Shown here in pieces: positions 19,226 through 28,446 of a stretch of 39,387 bases of DNA. The stretch is taken from assembly GCA_045047305.1 (NCBI GenBank), contig JASFYO010000024.1:1-39387 (forward strand), given 5' to 3'. Source of the DNA: Planctomycetota bacterium (lineage in GTDB: Bacteria > Planctomycetota > UBA1135). A program made the translations under genes and the position numbers. Each line of letters opens with the position of its first letter. Position 1 is the first letter of the stretch. Under the pieces are notes generated by a model. That model was not told the DNA's origin. It worked only from the letters and a program-made list of their open reading frames with translations, and made no database searches.

Positions 19226-20239
19226 ATGCTTTTCGAATACCGACGTGAACTTGCCGCCGGCGCCGTGCTGACGACGCTCAATCTCGAGTCCGAGCTGCTT
19301 CAAGGCAATCCATTGGGCGATCCAAGCCATCGCTCGCATGTGGTTTTGCTGCCGAAGGATGTGCAGCCCAACCTTCCCCTAGTCACGGTCCTTGTCGGAT
19401 ACACCGGATTTAACCATAAGGTGGTCAACAAATCGTCGATGTGGGAGCCGAGCGTGCCCGAGCGTTTCGCTTGCGGTATGGCCAGCGGTGCAATTCCGCC
19501 AGCGATTTTCATCTGGCCAAGCTGTGAAACGCGGCTTGGCGGCTCTCAATATGTCGATAGTTCGGGAACTGGACCCTACATGTCGTATGTGTTGGATGAA
19601 ATCATCCCTGCCGTGGAGAAGGAATACTCCTGTGGAGGAGATGGAAGGCGCATCATCGCAGGTAAATCCAGCGGAGGTTTTGGCGCTCTCAACTTAGTCA
19701 TGCGCCGCCCCGGCTACTTCACCGCCGCAGCATCTCACGCCGGCGACATGGGTTTCGACATGAGTCATTTTCGCGGTTTCGCCGATGCTCTTACTTGTTG
19801 GAAAAAGCATGGAGGGCCAGCTGCGTTCCTGAAGAAGTTACCGGAGTTGAATCTTGGGCATTCTGAACATGCGGGCGTGGAAGGACTTGCGATGGCATCG
19901 TGCTATTCTCCAAACCCCAATGCAGAGCTCGGTTTTGATTTGCCGGTTGATCCGGAGACCGGCGAAATCCGCACCGAGGTTTTTGCCAAGTGGTTGCAGT
20001 TTGATCCCTTGCGGCTGGTGGAGCAGGAAACTTGCGCCCAAGGTCTGCGTGATTTGAATTTACTTTATCTCGATGCTGGGGAAAGCGATGAGTTTGCCCT
20101 CCAATGGGGCCTCAAACGTTTCCGCGAGAAGCTCGTAGGATTGGATGTGCCTGCTCACATTGAGTTTTTCCCAGGTGGGCATTTCCGTATGGATGACCGT
20201 TACTTGGTCAGCTTGCCGATGCTGCTCGGCGCCCTTTGA
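19226..20239 (+). CDS. Alpha/beta-hydrolase esterase (enterochelin-esterase-like, putative esterase family)
   Basis: LQGNPLGDP, LGGSQYVDS, nucleophile elbow GKSSGG, YLDAGESDEF and FPGGH. Start moved to ATG 19226. Confidence 0.82.
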   Translation: MLFEYRRELAAGAVLTTLNLESELLQGNPLGDPSHRSHVVLLPKDVQPNLPLVTVLVGYTGFNHKVVNKSSMWEPSVPERFACGMASGAIPPAIFIWPSCETRLGGSQYVDSSGTGPYMSYVLDEIIPAVEKEYSCGGDGRRIIAGKSSGGFGALNLVMRRPGYFTAAASHAGDMGFDMSHFRGFADALTCWKKHGGPAAFLKKLPELNLGHSEHAGVEGLAMASCYSPNPNAELGFDLPVDPETGEIRTEVFAKWLQFDPLRLVEQETCAQGLRDLNLLYLDAGESDEFALQWGLKRFREKLVGLDVPAHIEFFPGGHFRMDDRYLVSLPMLLGAL

Positions 20240-21903
20240 AACCTCGCACCCTCCGTTTCACCTTTTTACTGCTGCTGTTAGCGGCTGCCGTTTCGGCGCC
20301 GTGGTGGCTGGGATCCGGAGCGGAGGGCAATCACTTTGCTAAAGAAGAGGCGGCGGACTCTGTCTTGGCTGCGGGATCAAAGAGTGACCCTCTTGAAACT
20401 TCTGCTGCCCTGAATCTCGCACGGGAATTGGTGGTGAATACGGAGCGTGCGGACTCTGGGCCTCGTGCTCCGGTCGCCACGGGCGATGGAACATCACGCA
20501 TTTTGCTGCGGCTTGAGGATTTCGGCGACATGCAGGATGAGTGGCTGCGAGTGGAAGCGACCGAATTCGGATCGGGAACGGTTTTTCGTGACCGAAGGAA
20601 GGGGGATTTCCTTTCCCTCGAGGTTGAGCCAGGGGACTATCGCGTGAGTGCGCGTATTGGGGATGCACCCGCAAGAGGGCGGCTAGCCATAAAAAGCGTG
20701 GTACGCCTAGCAAGCAGTCAGCTGGATTATCCGAGCCAGCAAATCCGCGTTTTGCCAGGGAAAGTCTCGGAGGTGGTGTTCCGTCCGCTCCCTGCAGGTT
20801 CGATTTTTGGAACGGCGCGCCGCGGCAGAGAACCGGTGCAAGGTTTGCATGTGATTCTGAGTTCCGAGGCATCTGTCCTGGCGATTACCGATGCCAATGG
20901 AAATTACCGGTTTGAAGGTGTTGGCATTGGGCAGCAAGAGATTCACCTCGGTCGACCTTGGATTGGTGTATCCGGCTTAGCCATGGTCGAGGCCGATGGG
21001 GAGCACCAAGTGGATCTGCAGGTGCCAAGCTCTGGGTTTCAAATCACGGTGAAGCATGAGGAGTTCGATATCCCATTGCCTGGCGCACGGGTGCAAATCC
21101 GGTTTCATCCACGGCGTCAATTGGAAGATGGACCGCGCGAAGGATTGGCGCAGGGTGCGCAAGCTGAGCAAGTGATTCTTCTGCCAACGGCCGCTACCGG
21201 TCAAACGATGGAATTACTTACCGGTCCCGGCGAAGTGCAATACACCGTGTATGGTCCGCAGAATTATGGTTTGGCTGGAGAGACCGGAAGTTTCATGGTG
21301 GAGGAGTCCGGTATCCGAAAACAAGAAATCGGCATGCGCGGTGGCACGGAAGTGACAGTGCGGCGCGAAGGCGGCCAAGCTGGGCGCATGAGTCTGGCTT
21401 ACTTTGTGCGCGAAGATGGCGCGGAGTTGGGCTGCGGTGGCATCGAACGCTTAGATGACAACACCGGATATCGCGTTTGGGGCGTGCCGCGCGCCCGAGG
21501 AACGCTGTACTTAACTCGTACTCGGGCAAAACGCATGTGGATTGCCGAGGTGCCCGCTTCTTATGAACACCAGGAAGTAGAGGCTGAGGAGGTTCCCCTG
21601 GTACCCATTCACGTACAAAGTGCTCGCTATCCAGATGGGCGCGCAGATTATGCTGTGACTTTATTGGCCGTGCATCGCAACGATGGCAGCGAGTTCCCTA
21701 TAGGTTTGGTGAGGGAGCTCGCATTTGGATTGCGCAACACGTCGCAGAAGGGGATGGGATTGCGTCCGGCCGAGGTCACGTCGTTGCCCGCAGGAAGCTA
21801 TACCTTATTCTTCAAGAGTCGAGATCATCGTGTGCATGCAGAGAAGGTGACGGTTGACCCAAATGCAGACAAGATCGTGCTCAACCTAGTCTTCCAATCT
21901 TGA
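20236..21903 (+). CDS. Membrane-anchored carboxypeptidase-regulatory-like (Ig/prealbumin-fold repeat) domain protein
   Basis: N-terminal hydrophobic anchor; VEPGDYRVSA, GSIFG, ITDANGNYRFEGV, PLPGARV and LPAGSYTL repeats. TTG start overlaps the esterase stop. Confidence 0.65.
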   Translation: MKPRTLRFTFLLLLLAAAVSAPWWLGSGAEGNHFAKEEAADSVLAAGSKSDPLETSAALNLARELVVNTERADSGPRAPVATGDGTSRILLRLEDFGDMQDEWLRVEATEFGSGTVFRDRRKGDFLSLEVEPGDYRVSARIGDAPARGRLAIKSVVRLASSQLDYPSQQIRVLPGKVSEVVFRPLPAGSIFGTARRGREPVQGLHVILSSEASVLAITDANGNYRFEGVGIGQQEIHLGRPWIGVSGLAMVEADGEHQVDLQVPSSGFQITVKHEEFDIPLPGARVQIRFHPRRQLEDGPREGLAQGAQAEQVILLPTAATGQTMELLTGPGEVQYTVYGPQNYGLAGETGSFMVEESGIRKQEIGMRGGTEVTVRREGGQAGRMSLAYFVREDGAELGCGGIERLDDNTGYRVWGVPRARGTLYLTRTRAKRMWIAEVPASYEHQEVEAEEVPLVPIHVQSARYPDGRADYAVTLLAVHRNDGSEFPIGLVRELAFGLRNTSQKGMGLRPAEVTSLPAGSYTLFFKSRDHRVHAEKVTVDPNADKIVLNLVFQS

Positions 21904-23106
21904 GGCCGATTCTCCGGCAAGGCGTCCGGTGGTGAAGGCCCATTGGAAGTTAAACCCGCCGATACGCCCGAAGACGTCGAGTAGCTCCCCGCAGAGAAAG
22001 AGGCCTGGCGTTTTACGGCTCTCCAAAGTGGAGGGATTGACCTCGTCGAGTGGAATGCCGCCGCCGGTGACTTCTGCCACTTGAAACCCCCGACTACCTT
22101 TGACCGGTAGGGGGAAGTCGCAGAGGTGGGTGAGGAGGATGTCGGTTTTGTTGCGGTCTAAGTTTCCGCAACGCATGTCACCACGCAAGCCGCAACGCTC
22201 CAGCAAGACCTCGGCAAGGCGTTTTGGGATCTGTTCCGAAATCGCTTTCATCAAGCTTTGCCGCGCGCGCGACTTGATGTAAGGCACCCACTCCTCTTTG
22301 GTGAATCCCTCCCATGCGACGCGAATCTCGGCCTTATCGCGTACCGCGTAATGGCTGGCATCGAGGATGGCGGGGCCACTGAATCCTTTATGGGTGAACA
22401 GGAGTTCACGTTCGCGCTCTTCTAATACTTTGCCGTTGAGCACTGCACGCCATTGCACTTTCAGACTTAATCCAGATAAGGAGGCAAAATCTTCATCCGG
22501 TCCAGTGAGTGGAACCAGTGCCGGATAAGTTGGGAGAATCTTATGCCCCAAACTTTTTGCGATGAGATAACCATGGCCATCACTGCCTGTTTGCGGAACG
22601 GATTGCCCGCCCGTGGCCAGGATGACGCGATCAGCAAGGATGTCGCCATGTTCGTTACTGCTTATGCAAAACCGATCTTCTGCCTTGTGCACACTTTCTA
22701 CACGAAAGGGGCAAAGAAAGCTGACGCCTGCTTCCTCTGCTGCAGCCAACATTTTGTCGCGCACGACTTTGGCTTTTTGCACTTCTGGAAACAACTTCCC
22801 AGTCCCTTCCTCCTCTTCTAAGGGAAGGTCCAACTCCCAGGTGAAAAAGTCCTGCAGTTGTTGCAAGCGCCAGGTGCGGAACAAGCGTTTCAGAACATTG
22901 CGCGAACCCGAGGTGAAGAAGTCGTTGTCCTCTGAAACCGAAGGGAGCAGATTGCAGCGGCCGCCACCACTAATCAGGATTTTGCGCCCAGCCTCATTCG
23001 AGCCTTCGAGCAAAACCACTTTGGCTCCACCACGCGCCGCCCACAAAGCCGACATCAGACCGGCAGCGCCTGCGCCAATCACGGCGATTTGAAAATCACG
23101 TTCCAT
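21886..23106 (-). CDS. NAD(P)/FAD-dependent oxidoreductase, HI0933/BaiN family
   Basis: IGAGAAG, GRKILISGGGRCN, ATGGQSVPQTGSDG, LLFTHKGFSGPA, AEVTGGG and GELLDVFGRIGGFNFQWA. Confidence 0.93.
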   Translation of the reverse strand: MERDFQIAVIGAGAAGLMSALWAARGGAKVVLLEGSNEAGRKILISGGGRCNLLPSVSEDNDFFTSGSRNVLKRLFRTWRLQQLQDFFTWELDLPLEEEEGTGKLFPEVQKAKVVRDKMLAAAEEAGVSFLCPFRVESVHKAEDRFCISSNEHGDILADRVILATGGQSVPQTGSDGHGYLIAKSLGHKILPTYPALVPLTGPDEDFASLSGLSLKVQWRAVLNGKVLEERERELLFTHKGFSGPAILDASHYAVRDKAEIRVAWEGFTKEEWVPYIKSRARQSLMKAISEQIPKRLAEVLLERCGLRGDMRCGNLDRNKTDILLTHLCDFPLPVKGSRGFQVAEVTGGGIPLDEVNPSTLESRKTPGLFLCGELLDVFGRIGGFNFQWAFTTGRLAGESASRLED

Positions 23107-23112
23107 CGGGAT

Positions 23113-23796
23113 TTAGGCTTGGATTTGCGCCAGCTTTTCTTTGGCACCCTGGGCGATGACATCGACCCACGATTCGAAACAAAGGCTTTCGCGTTCCACC
23201 GTTGCATCCATCAAGGATTGCCAGCGATCGCCAAACAAAACTTTGGTGCGCTCAGCCATTTCAGCGAGGTGGCGTAGCTCGTCCTTCAAAATGGAACGTA
23301 CCGAAAATGGCGCGCCAGCGTTTTGCAACACTTGTTCATATAGCGGGTAAAAAGCCTCTGCACGAATCTCAATCGCAAAGCTCGATAGTAAGTAGTTGGC
23401 TTCTTTGCGCTCAGCGTCACCGAATTCAAAGTCCGTCAACAATTCTTCGCAGGCATGATCGACTTCCTGTAAATAAGCTTCAGCGCCTTCCCCGGCTAGA
23501 GTGTCTTCTGCGGAGTAAGTTCGCACTCCATCCTCCAAGCCACCAAGTAGTTTGATCGCGGCTTTTTTCAGGCGCAAGGCGTGGGTGGCCTCCTCGACGA
23601 TATGTTGAACGCCATCCAGGTCGAGGAAATCGACATGTCGCGCCTTAAGCATTTTCCTTACGCCCACATATTCCATGCGCGAAAGCGTATTCACCATACG
23701 GGCGTGCAAGAATGGTTCCGCCACGATGCCTGGCAGAGCAGCAGCAAGGCGCTCCATACAAGGCTGATTTCGGACTAGTTCGGCGTAGCGTTCCAT
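23113..23796 (-). CDS. Ferritin-like superfamily (probable di-iron carboxylate) protein of unknown function
   Basis: E...EEATH and E...DELRH ligand pattern (SRMEY, HIVEEATH, AIEIRA, ILKDELRH) in a helical protein. Confidence 0.65.
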   Translation of the reverse strand: MERYAELVRNQPCMERLAAALPGIVAEPFLHARMVNTLSRMEYVGVRKMLKARHVDFLDLDGVQHIVEEATHALRLKKAAIKLLGGLEDGVRTYSAEDTLAGEGAEAYLQEVDHACEELLTDFEFGDAERKEANYLLSSFAIEIRAEAFYPLYEQVLQNAGAPFSVRSILKDELRHLAEMAERTKVLFGDRWQSLMDATVERESLCFESWVDVIAQGAKEKLAQIQA

Positions 23797-23824
23797 GACG
23801 CTATTCTACCATCAGGCCAACACC

Positions 23825-23944
23825 ATGATTCGCGAACACCTCTTCCACAAACGTGCTGCCGCCGACCCGCTGTTCCGCTGGCGTGGCGGCCAGGTCTCCA
23901 GAATCGGGGCCTTCTCCGCCACCTTTTTTGGGAGCATGGTTTAG
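23825..23944 (+). pseudogene. Degenerate N-terminal remnant of a TMEM175/DUF1211 family potassium-channel gene
   Basis: ATG 23825 gives MIREHLFHKRAAADPLFRWRGGQVSRIGAFSATFFGSMV*, resembling the family N-terminus FRWRG.EVSRxEAFSDAVF. Stops after 39 aa. Confidence 0.5.
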
Positions 23945-24017
23945 GTGGTCGCGAAGGCGTGAATGCTTTATTTCAAGATCTGCGTATCCAAGCCTTCAGC
24001 GAAAAGGCAAAGCCCAC

Positions 24018-25718
24018 TTAAAAGCGTCGCGACTCCCAAACAACTTCGCCTTCCAGCACGGTTTGGAGCACCTTAGTTTTGCCGATGGAAGTCTTTGGAA
24101 TGTTAAAGATATTGCGGTCCAGGACGATGTAATCGGCGGATTTCCCAACCACGAGAGAACCTGAAATGGTGTCGGTACGCATGAGGTAGGCGGCCTCGAT
24201 GGTGTAGGCACGAACCGCTGCAGCGACATTGGGAAGGCTTTGCGGACCGCGGTTTAAGGCGTTCTGCATTCCGAGGAATGGGGAGAGGGAGCCGACATCG
24301 AAATCGCTACTTAGAACAACGTGTGCACCGGAGTTGAAGATGTCGAGCAAAGGCAGGCTGCGCTCCTCAATGCGTCGGCGCCCGAGTAATGGAGCGCTTT
24401 CGTATTGATAGGCTGGTAGAACAAAGTCCGAAGACATTTGGAAATCGGCAATTACGCCGAGTTGATTGAAACGGGGGACATCCGTCGGTTCAACTAATTC
24501 CACATGCGTAATCCGGTGCCTACGTTCTGGCAAGTTTGGATTCGCCAGTTGCGCAGCTTCTACCGAGTTTAGTGATTCACGTACACCGCGATCTCCAATC
24601 GCATGAATGTGCATGTCAAAACCAACTCGCTCTAATTCGGTGATGTAGCGAGTCAGGCGTGATTGTGGAAAGTAGTTCAATCCAAGCGGGCCAGCGAGTT
24701 GCAATCTGCGATAGGGTTCGAGAACCGCGCCGGTGGAAAGCGCAGCCACTCCATCGGAGTAGAGTTTGATTTGGGATATTTTCAAGCGCGATTGCGGGCG
24801 GTTCTCGTACATCGAAGCGAGTTGCGCGATTTGTGCGTTATCGTCCATGTCTGGATAAGCCCATAAGCTAAGGATGGTTCGCGCGGTCATCACGCCGCGG
24901 GTTTCGGCTTTGCGATATGCCTCGACATAGCCGCGCTTCCAATAGACACGCGCATCGACCAGCGCAGTGATGCCATTACGTGCGGCATGGCGGTATCCAA
25001 TGCGCAAGGCTTTGTCATTGAGTAAATCCAATTGCGGAGAACGCGCCATGGCAAGATTCATGACCATCTCACCTGCTGCATCTATCAAAATCCCGTTAGG
25101 GCGTCCGCTCCAAAAGTTTTTCATGATGACGCCACCAGGAGGATCTGGGGTATGGCGATCAATACCTGCAGCTACAAGAGCAGCACTGTTCACCCAAATT
25201 GCGTGCGAAGTCTCTTCCATGATGGCCGCTGGTCCGCTGGGCACGGCATCATCCAGGATTGCGAGAGGAGTGCGCGCGAAAAAGAACTCGTCAATCAGCA
25301 CATCGAACAAAGAAAAGCCCCAGCCTAGAACCCAGTTGGTGCCGATTTGATTTCCAGCTTGGGCCTGAATCGTGGGGATGTAACTTTCAAGCGACCTTCC
25401 AGATTCCAGTAGCACCGTTCCGCCAGCAGGGTGGTGCGCTTCGAGCAAATGCACATGACTATCGCCGATTCCGGGCATCACCATGCGACCATTTAGATTG
25501 ACCATCTCGGTTGCGGAGCCACGATAAGCCATCGCTCCGGCATGATTCCCAACATAAAGAATCGTGCCATTTTTGATTGCCATAGCCTTGGCCCATGGTT
25601 GGGCGGCGTCGACCGTGTAAATCGCGCCGTGGTGAAGGATGCGGTCCGCTTGTGGGAGACTAGTTTGTGGGCTAGCTTGAGCGGCAATCGTAAAAAGGAT
25701 GAGTAGCAACGAAAGCAT
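24018..25718 (-). CDS. Secreted amidohydrolase family 3 (YtcJ-like) metal-dependent hydrolase
   Basis: Signal peptide; VMPGIGDSHVH, HAIWVNSAAL, KLYSDG, HIHAIGDRG, RHRITHVE, SSDF, AYTIEAA and GSLVVGKSAD. Confidence 0.9.
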   Translation of the reverse strand: MLSLLLILFTIAAQASPQTSLPQADRILHHGAIYTVDAAQPWAKAMAIKNGTILYVGNHAGAMAYRGSATEMVNLNGRMVMPGIGDSHVHLLEAHHPAGGTVLLESGRSLESYIPTIQAQAGNQIGTNWVLGWGFSLFDVLIDEFFFARTPLAILDDAVPSGPAAIMEETSHAIWVNSAALVAAGIDRHTPDPPGGVIMKNFWSGRPNGILIDAAGEMVMNLAMARSPQLDLLNDKALRIGYRHAARNGITALVDARVYWKRGYVEAYRKAETRGVMTARTILSLWAYPDMDDNAQIAQLASMYENRPQSRLKISQIKLYSDGVAALSTGAVLEPYRRLQLAGPLGLNYFPQSRLTRYITELERVGFDMHIHAIGDRGVRESLNSVEAAQLANPNLPERRHRITHVELVEPTDVPRFNQLGVIADFQMSSDFVLPAYQYESAPLLGRRRIEERSLPLLDIFNSGAHVVLSSDFDVGSLSPFLGMQNALNRGPQSLPNVAAAVRAYTIEAAYLMRTDTISGSLVVGKSADYIVLDRNIFNIPKTSIGKTKVLQTVLEGEVVWESRRF

Positions 25719-25738
25719 GCACCAAGGCTATGCCTCGA

Positions 25739-25757
25739 ACCTGAGAATCACCTGAGA
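25739..25757 (-). promoter_or_regulatory. Tandem 8-bp direct repeat with 11-bp period (TCTCAGGT-gat-TCTCAGGT on the - strand); putative OmpR/PhoB-family binding box
   Basis: ACCTGAGA at 25739-25746 and 25750-25757, 8 nt upstream of a -10-like TAGCCT (25725-25730, - strand) that lies 6 nt before the amidohydrolase ATG. Confidence 0.55.
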
Positions 25758-26980
25758 CGCGGCGAGAAATCTAATATTTCTATGCGAGCCCCGCCTTCAG
25801 GGGCGTTTTGCAGTGATATTTTGCCGCCGTGAAGTTCGACAATCATGCGCAAGAGGGTGAGTCCAAGGCCGACTCCGCCTTGTGAGGAAACAAAGGTAGC
25901 GCCGTCGTCGATTTTTTCGAATACGCGCTCAGGAAATCCCGGGCCTTGGTCTTGCATAACAATTCGGTTCGGCGCGAGTACCAGGCTGACCGTTTTCTGT
26001 GTAGCCTCCCCGTGGCGCTCAGCGTTGCGCATCAAGTTATCGAAGAGAATGCGGAACAAGCCTTCGTCTACATTGACTTCGATTTCACCACCACGAATTT
26101 CAACCTTTAGATTTTCGGGTATCAAGGCCTCGGCCATTAGATCCAGGCGCAAAGGTTGGCGTTGCAGTTTGGTGGTTCCGGAATCGAGTTGAGCGAACAG
26201 CAATAATTGATCGACTACCTTCGCGGTGTTGCCAGCCAGGCGATGAATGCGCGGCAGTACATCGGGGGTATTCGATTCGGCAAGCACACTTAAGGTGCTG
26301 AGCGGTGTGCGGATTTCGTGCGCAGCAGCCGATAGAAAACGCTCACGTTCTTCCAGCGCCTGAACCACTGGAGCGAGGCTGCGTCGCGAAAGAGCATGGC
26401 CTAGCCAAAACCCAAGCGCAAGGAGAAGGATGCAGTAGGTGCCCAAGCGGAGGACAAAGGTGTCGGCCAAAAGCGAAGATTTTTGGTTGGACCCTAGAAC
26501 CAAAACTGCTGCGCGTGGGGTATCACTGTTTCCATCCTGATACACCAGGGCGGTTTGCAAGCGCAGGTTGTGCTGTGGCAGAGTCCGCGCTGCATCAGAA
26601 AAGGACGGCTCAACTGAAAGTGCCTGTTGCGCAAGGCTGCGCAGGTCTGGCTGCGCATAGTGCATTTGCGGGGATTGCCAATGGATCGTCATTTGCGGGT
26701 CAGGCTCAACCACCCAAATGTCGAAAGGGGAGTCGGTAATCTCGGTGTCTTGGGCTAAAAGCTCGCCATGAAAGTTACCGTTGGCGTCAAACCAGGAGAG
26801 GCCATAGGTGGCAGTGGCATAGATGGAAAGTTGGCTGTCCAGATTTTGACTGTCTAGATTGCGCTTTAGGACGACGGCAAGGATTCCAAGCGAAAGTACG
26901 CAAACCGTCCAGCCAATCATCCACAGTCCACCAATGCGTCGGCGTAGAGGTTGCAGCTTTTCTTCGATGGGATGACTCAT
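25748..26980 (-). CDS. Sensor histidine kinase (two TM segments, HisKA plus HATPase_c)
   Basis: H-box AAHEIRTPL, N-box NLMRNAERH, G-boxes DQGPGF and GVGLGL; overlaps the regulator stop (ATGA). Confidence 0.93.
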   Translation of the reverse strand: MSHPIEEKLQPLRRRIGGLWMIGWTVCVLSLGILAVVLKRNLDSQNLDSQLSIYATATYGLSWFDANGNFHGELLAQDTEITDSPFDIWVVEPDPQMTIHWQSPQMHYAQPDLRSLAQQALSVEPSFSDAARTLPQHNLRLQTALVYQDGNSDTPRAAVLVLGSNQKSSLLADTFVLRLGTYCILLLALGFWLGHALSRRSLAPVVQALEERERFLSAAAHEIRTPLSTLSVLAESNTPDVLPRIHRLAGNTAKVVDQLLLFAQLDSGTTKLQRQPLRLDLMAEALIPENLKVEIRGGEIEVNVDEGLFRILFDNLMRNAERHGEATQKTVSLVLAPNRIVMQDQGPGFPERVFEKIDDGATFVSSQGGVGLGLTLLRMIVELHGGKISLQNAPEGGARIEILDFSPRLR

Positions 26981-27648
26981 GCGTCGGATCCAACTTCAAG
27001 TACATAGCCGAAACCGCGCACAGTGTGGACTACAGTGGGGTTGCCTAGTTTGCGTCGTAGAGCGGCGACGACGACCTCTTCCACATTCGAGGAGGATTCG
27101 CGCGCGGTATCCCAACAGGCGTTGTGTAGATCACGTCGGGATATGGCTTGACCAAGGTGAGTCGCGAGATATTCGAGGACAGCATATTCCTTAGGGCGCA
27201 AAGGTAAGAGCATGCCGTTGCGCTTGGCCTGACGTCGGGCGAGATCGATTTCCAGATTACCGACGACTACGGTGGCAGGTGCGCCGCTCCCTCTACGCCG
27301 GGCAACCGCAGAAACGCGGGCGAGCAGTTCATCCATGGCAAATGGTTTGACTAGGTAGTCGTCGGCCCCTGCTTGTAATCCCTCTACACGCTCTTCCACT
27401 TTGCCTTTTGCCGTTAACAAAATGGTAGGAGTGGATACGCCCTCCCGGCGCCAATGCTCGACCTGATGTGCGCCATCGCCATCGGGCAGCATGCGATCCA
27501 TAATGATGACCGCGAAGTCATGTATGGGTAAAAGCAAGCGTGCCGTCGCGAGGTCTCCTGCTTCGTCGACGCTAAAACTCTTCTCGCGCAGATGCTTTGC
27601 CACAGCCTGCCGAAGTTCAGTTTGGTCTTCCACAAGGAGAACGCGCAT
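26977..27648 (-). CDS. OmpR/PhoB family DNA-binding response regulator
   Basis: MRVLLVED, IMDRMLPDGDG, LLTA, GADDYLVKPF, LRRKL and HTVRGFGY. Confidence 0.95.
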   Translation of the reverse strand: MRVLLVEDQTELRQAVAKHLREKSFSVDEAGDLATARLLLPIHDFAVIIMDRMLPDGDGAHQVEHWRREGVSTPTILLTAKGKVEERVEGLQAGADDYLVKPFAMDELLARVSAVARRRGSGAPATVVVGNLEIDLARRQAKRNGMLLPLRPKEYAVLEYLATHLGQAISRRDLHNACWDTARESSSNVEEVVVAALRRKLGNPTVVHTVRGFGYVLEVGSDA

Positions 27649-27675
27649 GGTGAAATGATACTGCGCAGAATCCCT

Positions 27676-28446
27676 GTGCGCACCATCAACCTAAATCCTT
27701 TCAGTTTGGATTTCTCAAACCTTCACGCGGCCTGGCTTCATCCAGTATTCGAAGCTTTGGCTTATTTTGCTGCAGGGCTTTGGTATCGGCTTAGCAAACG
27801 CAAGCGGAAGGACCCGTTGCGAGACCAAGACCGCACCACGGTTATTGTCGCGGCAATTTTAGGTGCAGCGATTGCTTCCAAGTTATTGCACCACCTCGCC
27901 TCCCCGGCAGAGTTTCAAATGCAGTTGCAAGAGGTTGGCTGGCGCGGCATTTTCCCGTACCTGATGAGTGGAAAAACTATAGTCGGTGCTCTTCTCGGTG
28001 GTTGGCTCGCAGTCGAGGTCACTAAAAAGCATTATGGGATTCAACAACGTAGCGGCGATTTGTTTGCCCTGCCGTTATGCCTTGGCATTGCAGTGGGAAG
28101 GCTGGGCTGCTTTTTCGCTGGCCCCGCGGACGATACGCTTGGCACTGCCACAGACTCTATCTTTGGTATAGATTTTGGGGATGGAATATTGCGCCATCCC
28201 ACGCCGCTGTATGAAATCGTTTTCCTATTTGGGCTGGGGATGATCATTGCCAAGGCCAGCAAGCTCTTGCGTCAAGGTGAAGCCTTTCGAGTCTTCCTGC
28301 TCGGCTACCTTAGCTTCCGTTTTCTGATTGATTTCCTGAAACCATATGAAGTTTACTTTGGGTTGCGTATCATTCAGTGGGCTTGTTTGCTCGGCATCAT
28401 GGCGCTCCTTCGCGGCTTTTTGACCCAGCCAAAGCTTTCCTCATGA
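27676..28446 (+). CDS. Prolipoprotein diacylglyceryl transferase (Lgt)-family protein, divergent paralogue
   Basis: GRLGCFFAG, RHPTPLYE and FRFLIDFLKP motifs, multi-TM; GKTIVGALLGG stands where canonical Lgt has SFHGGL. Start uncertain (GTG 27676 or ATG 27655). Confidence 0.82.
   Translation: MRTINLNPFSLDFSNLHAAWLHPVFEALAYFAAGLWYRLSKRKRKDPLRDQDRTTVIVAAILGAAIASKLLHHLASPAEFQMQLQEVGWRGIFPYLMSGKTIVGALLGGWLAVEVTKKHYGIQQRSGDLFALPLCLGIAVGRLGCFFAGPADDTLGTATDSIFGIDFGDGILRHPTPLYEIVFLFGLGMIIAKASKLLRQGEAFRVFLLGYLSFRFLIDFLKPYEVYFGLRIIQWACLLGIMALLRGFLTQPKLSS

Noticed and set aside
18923..19339. Long head-to-head overlaps implied by the ORF track (also 2756-2820, 16386-16669, 27592-27648)
   Set aside because: These are longest-ORF artefacts; downstream starts give proper signal peptides or lipoboxes and -10 elements without overlap.
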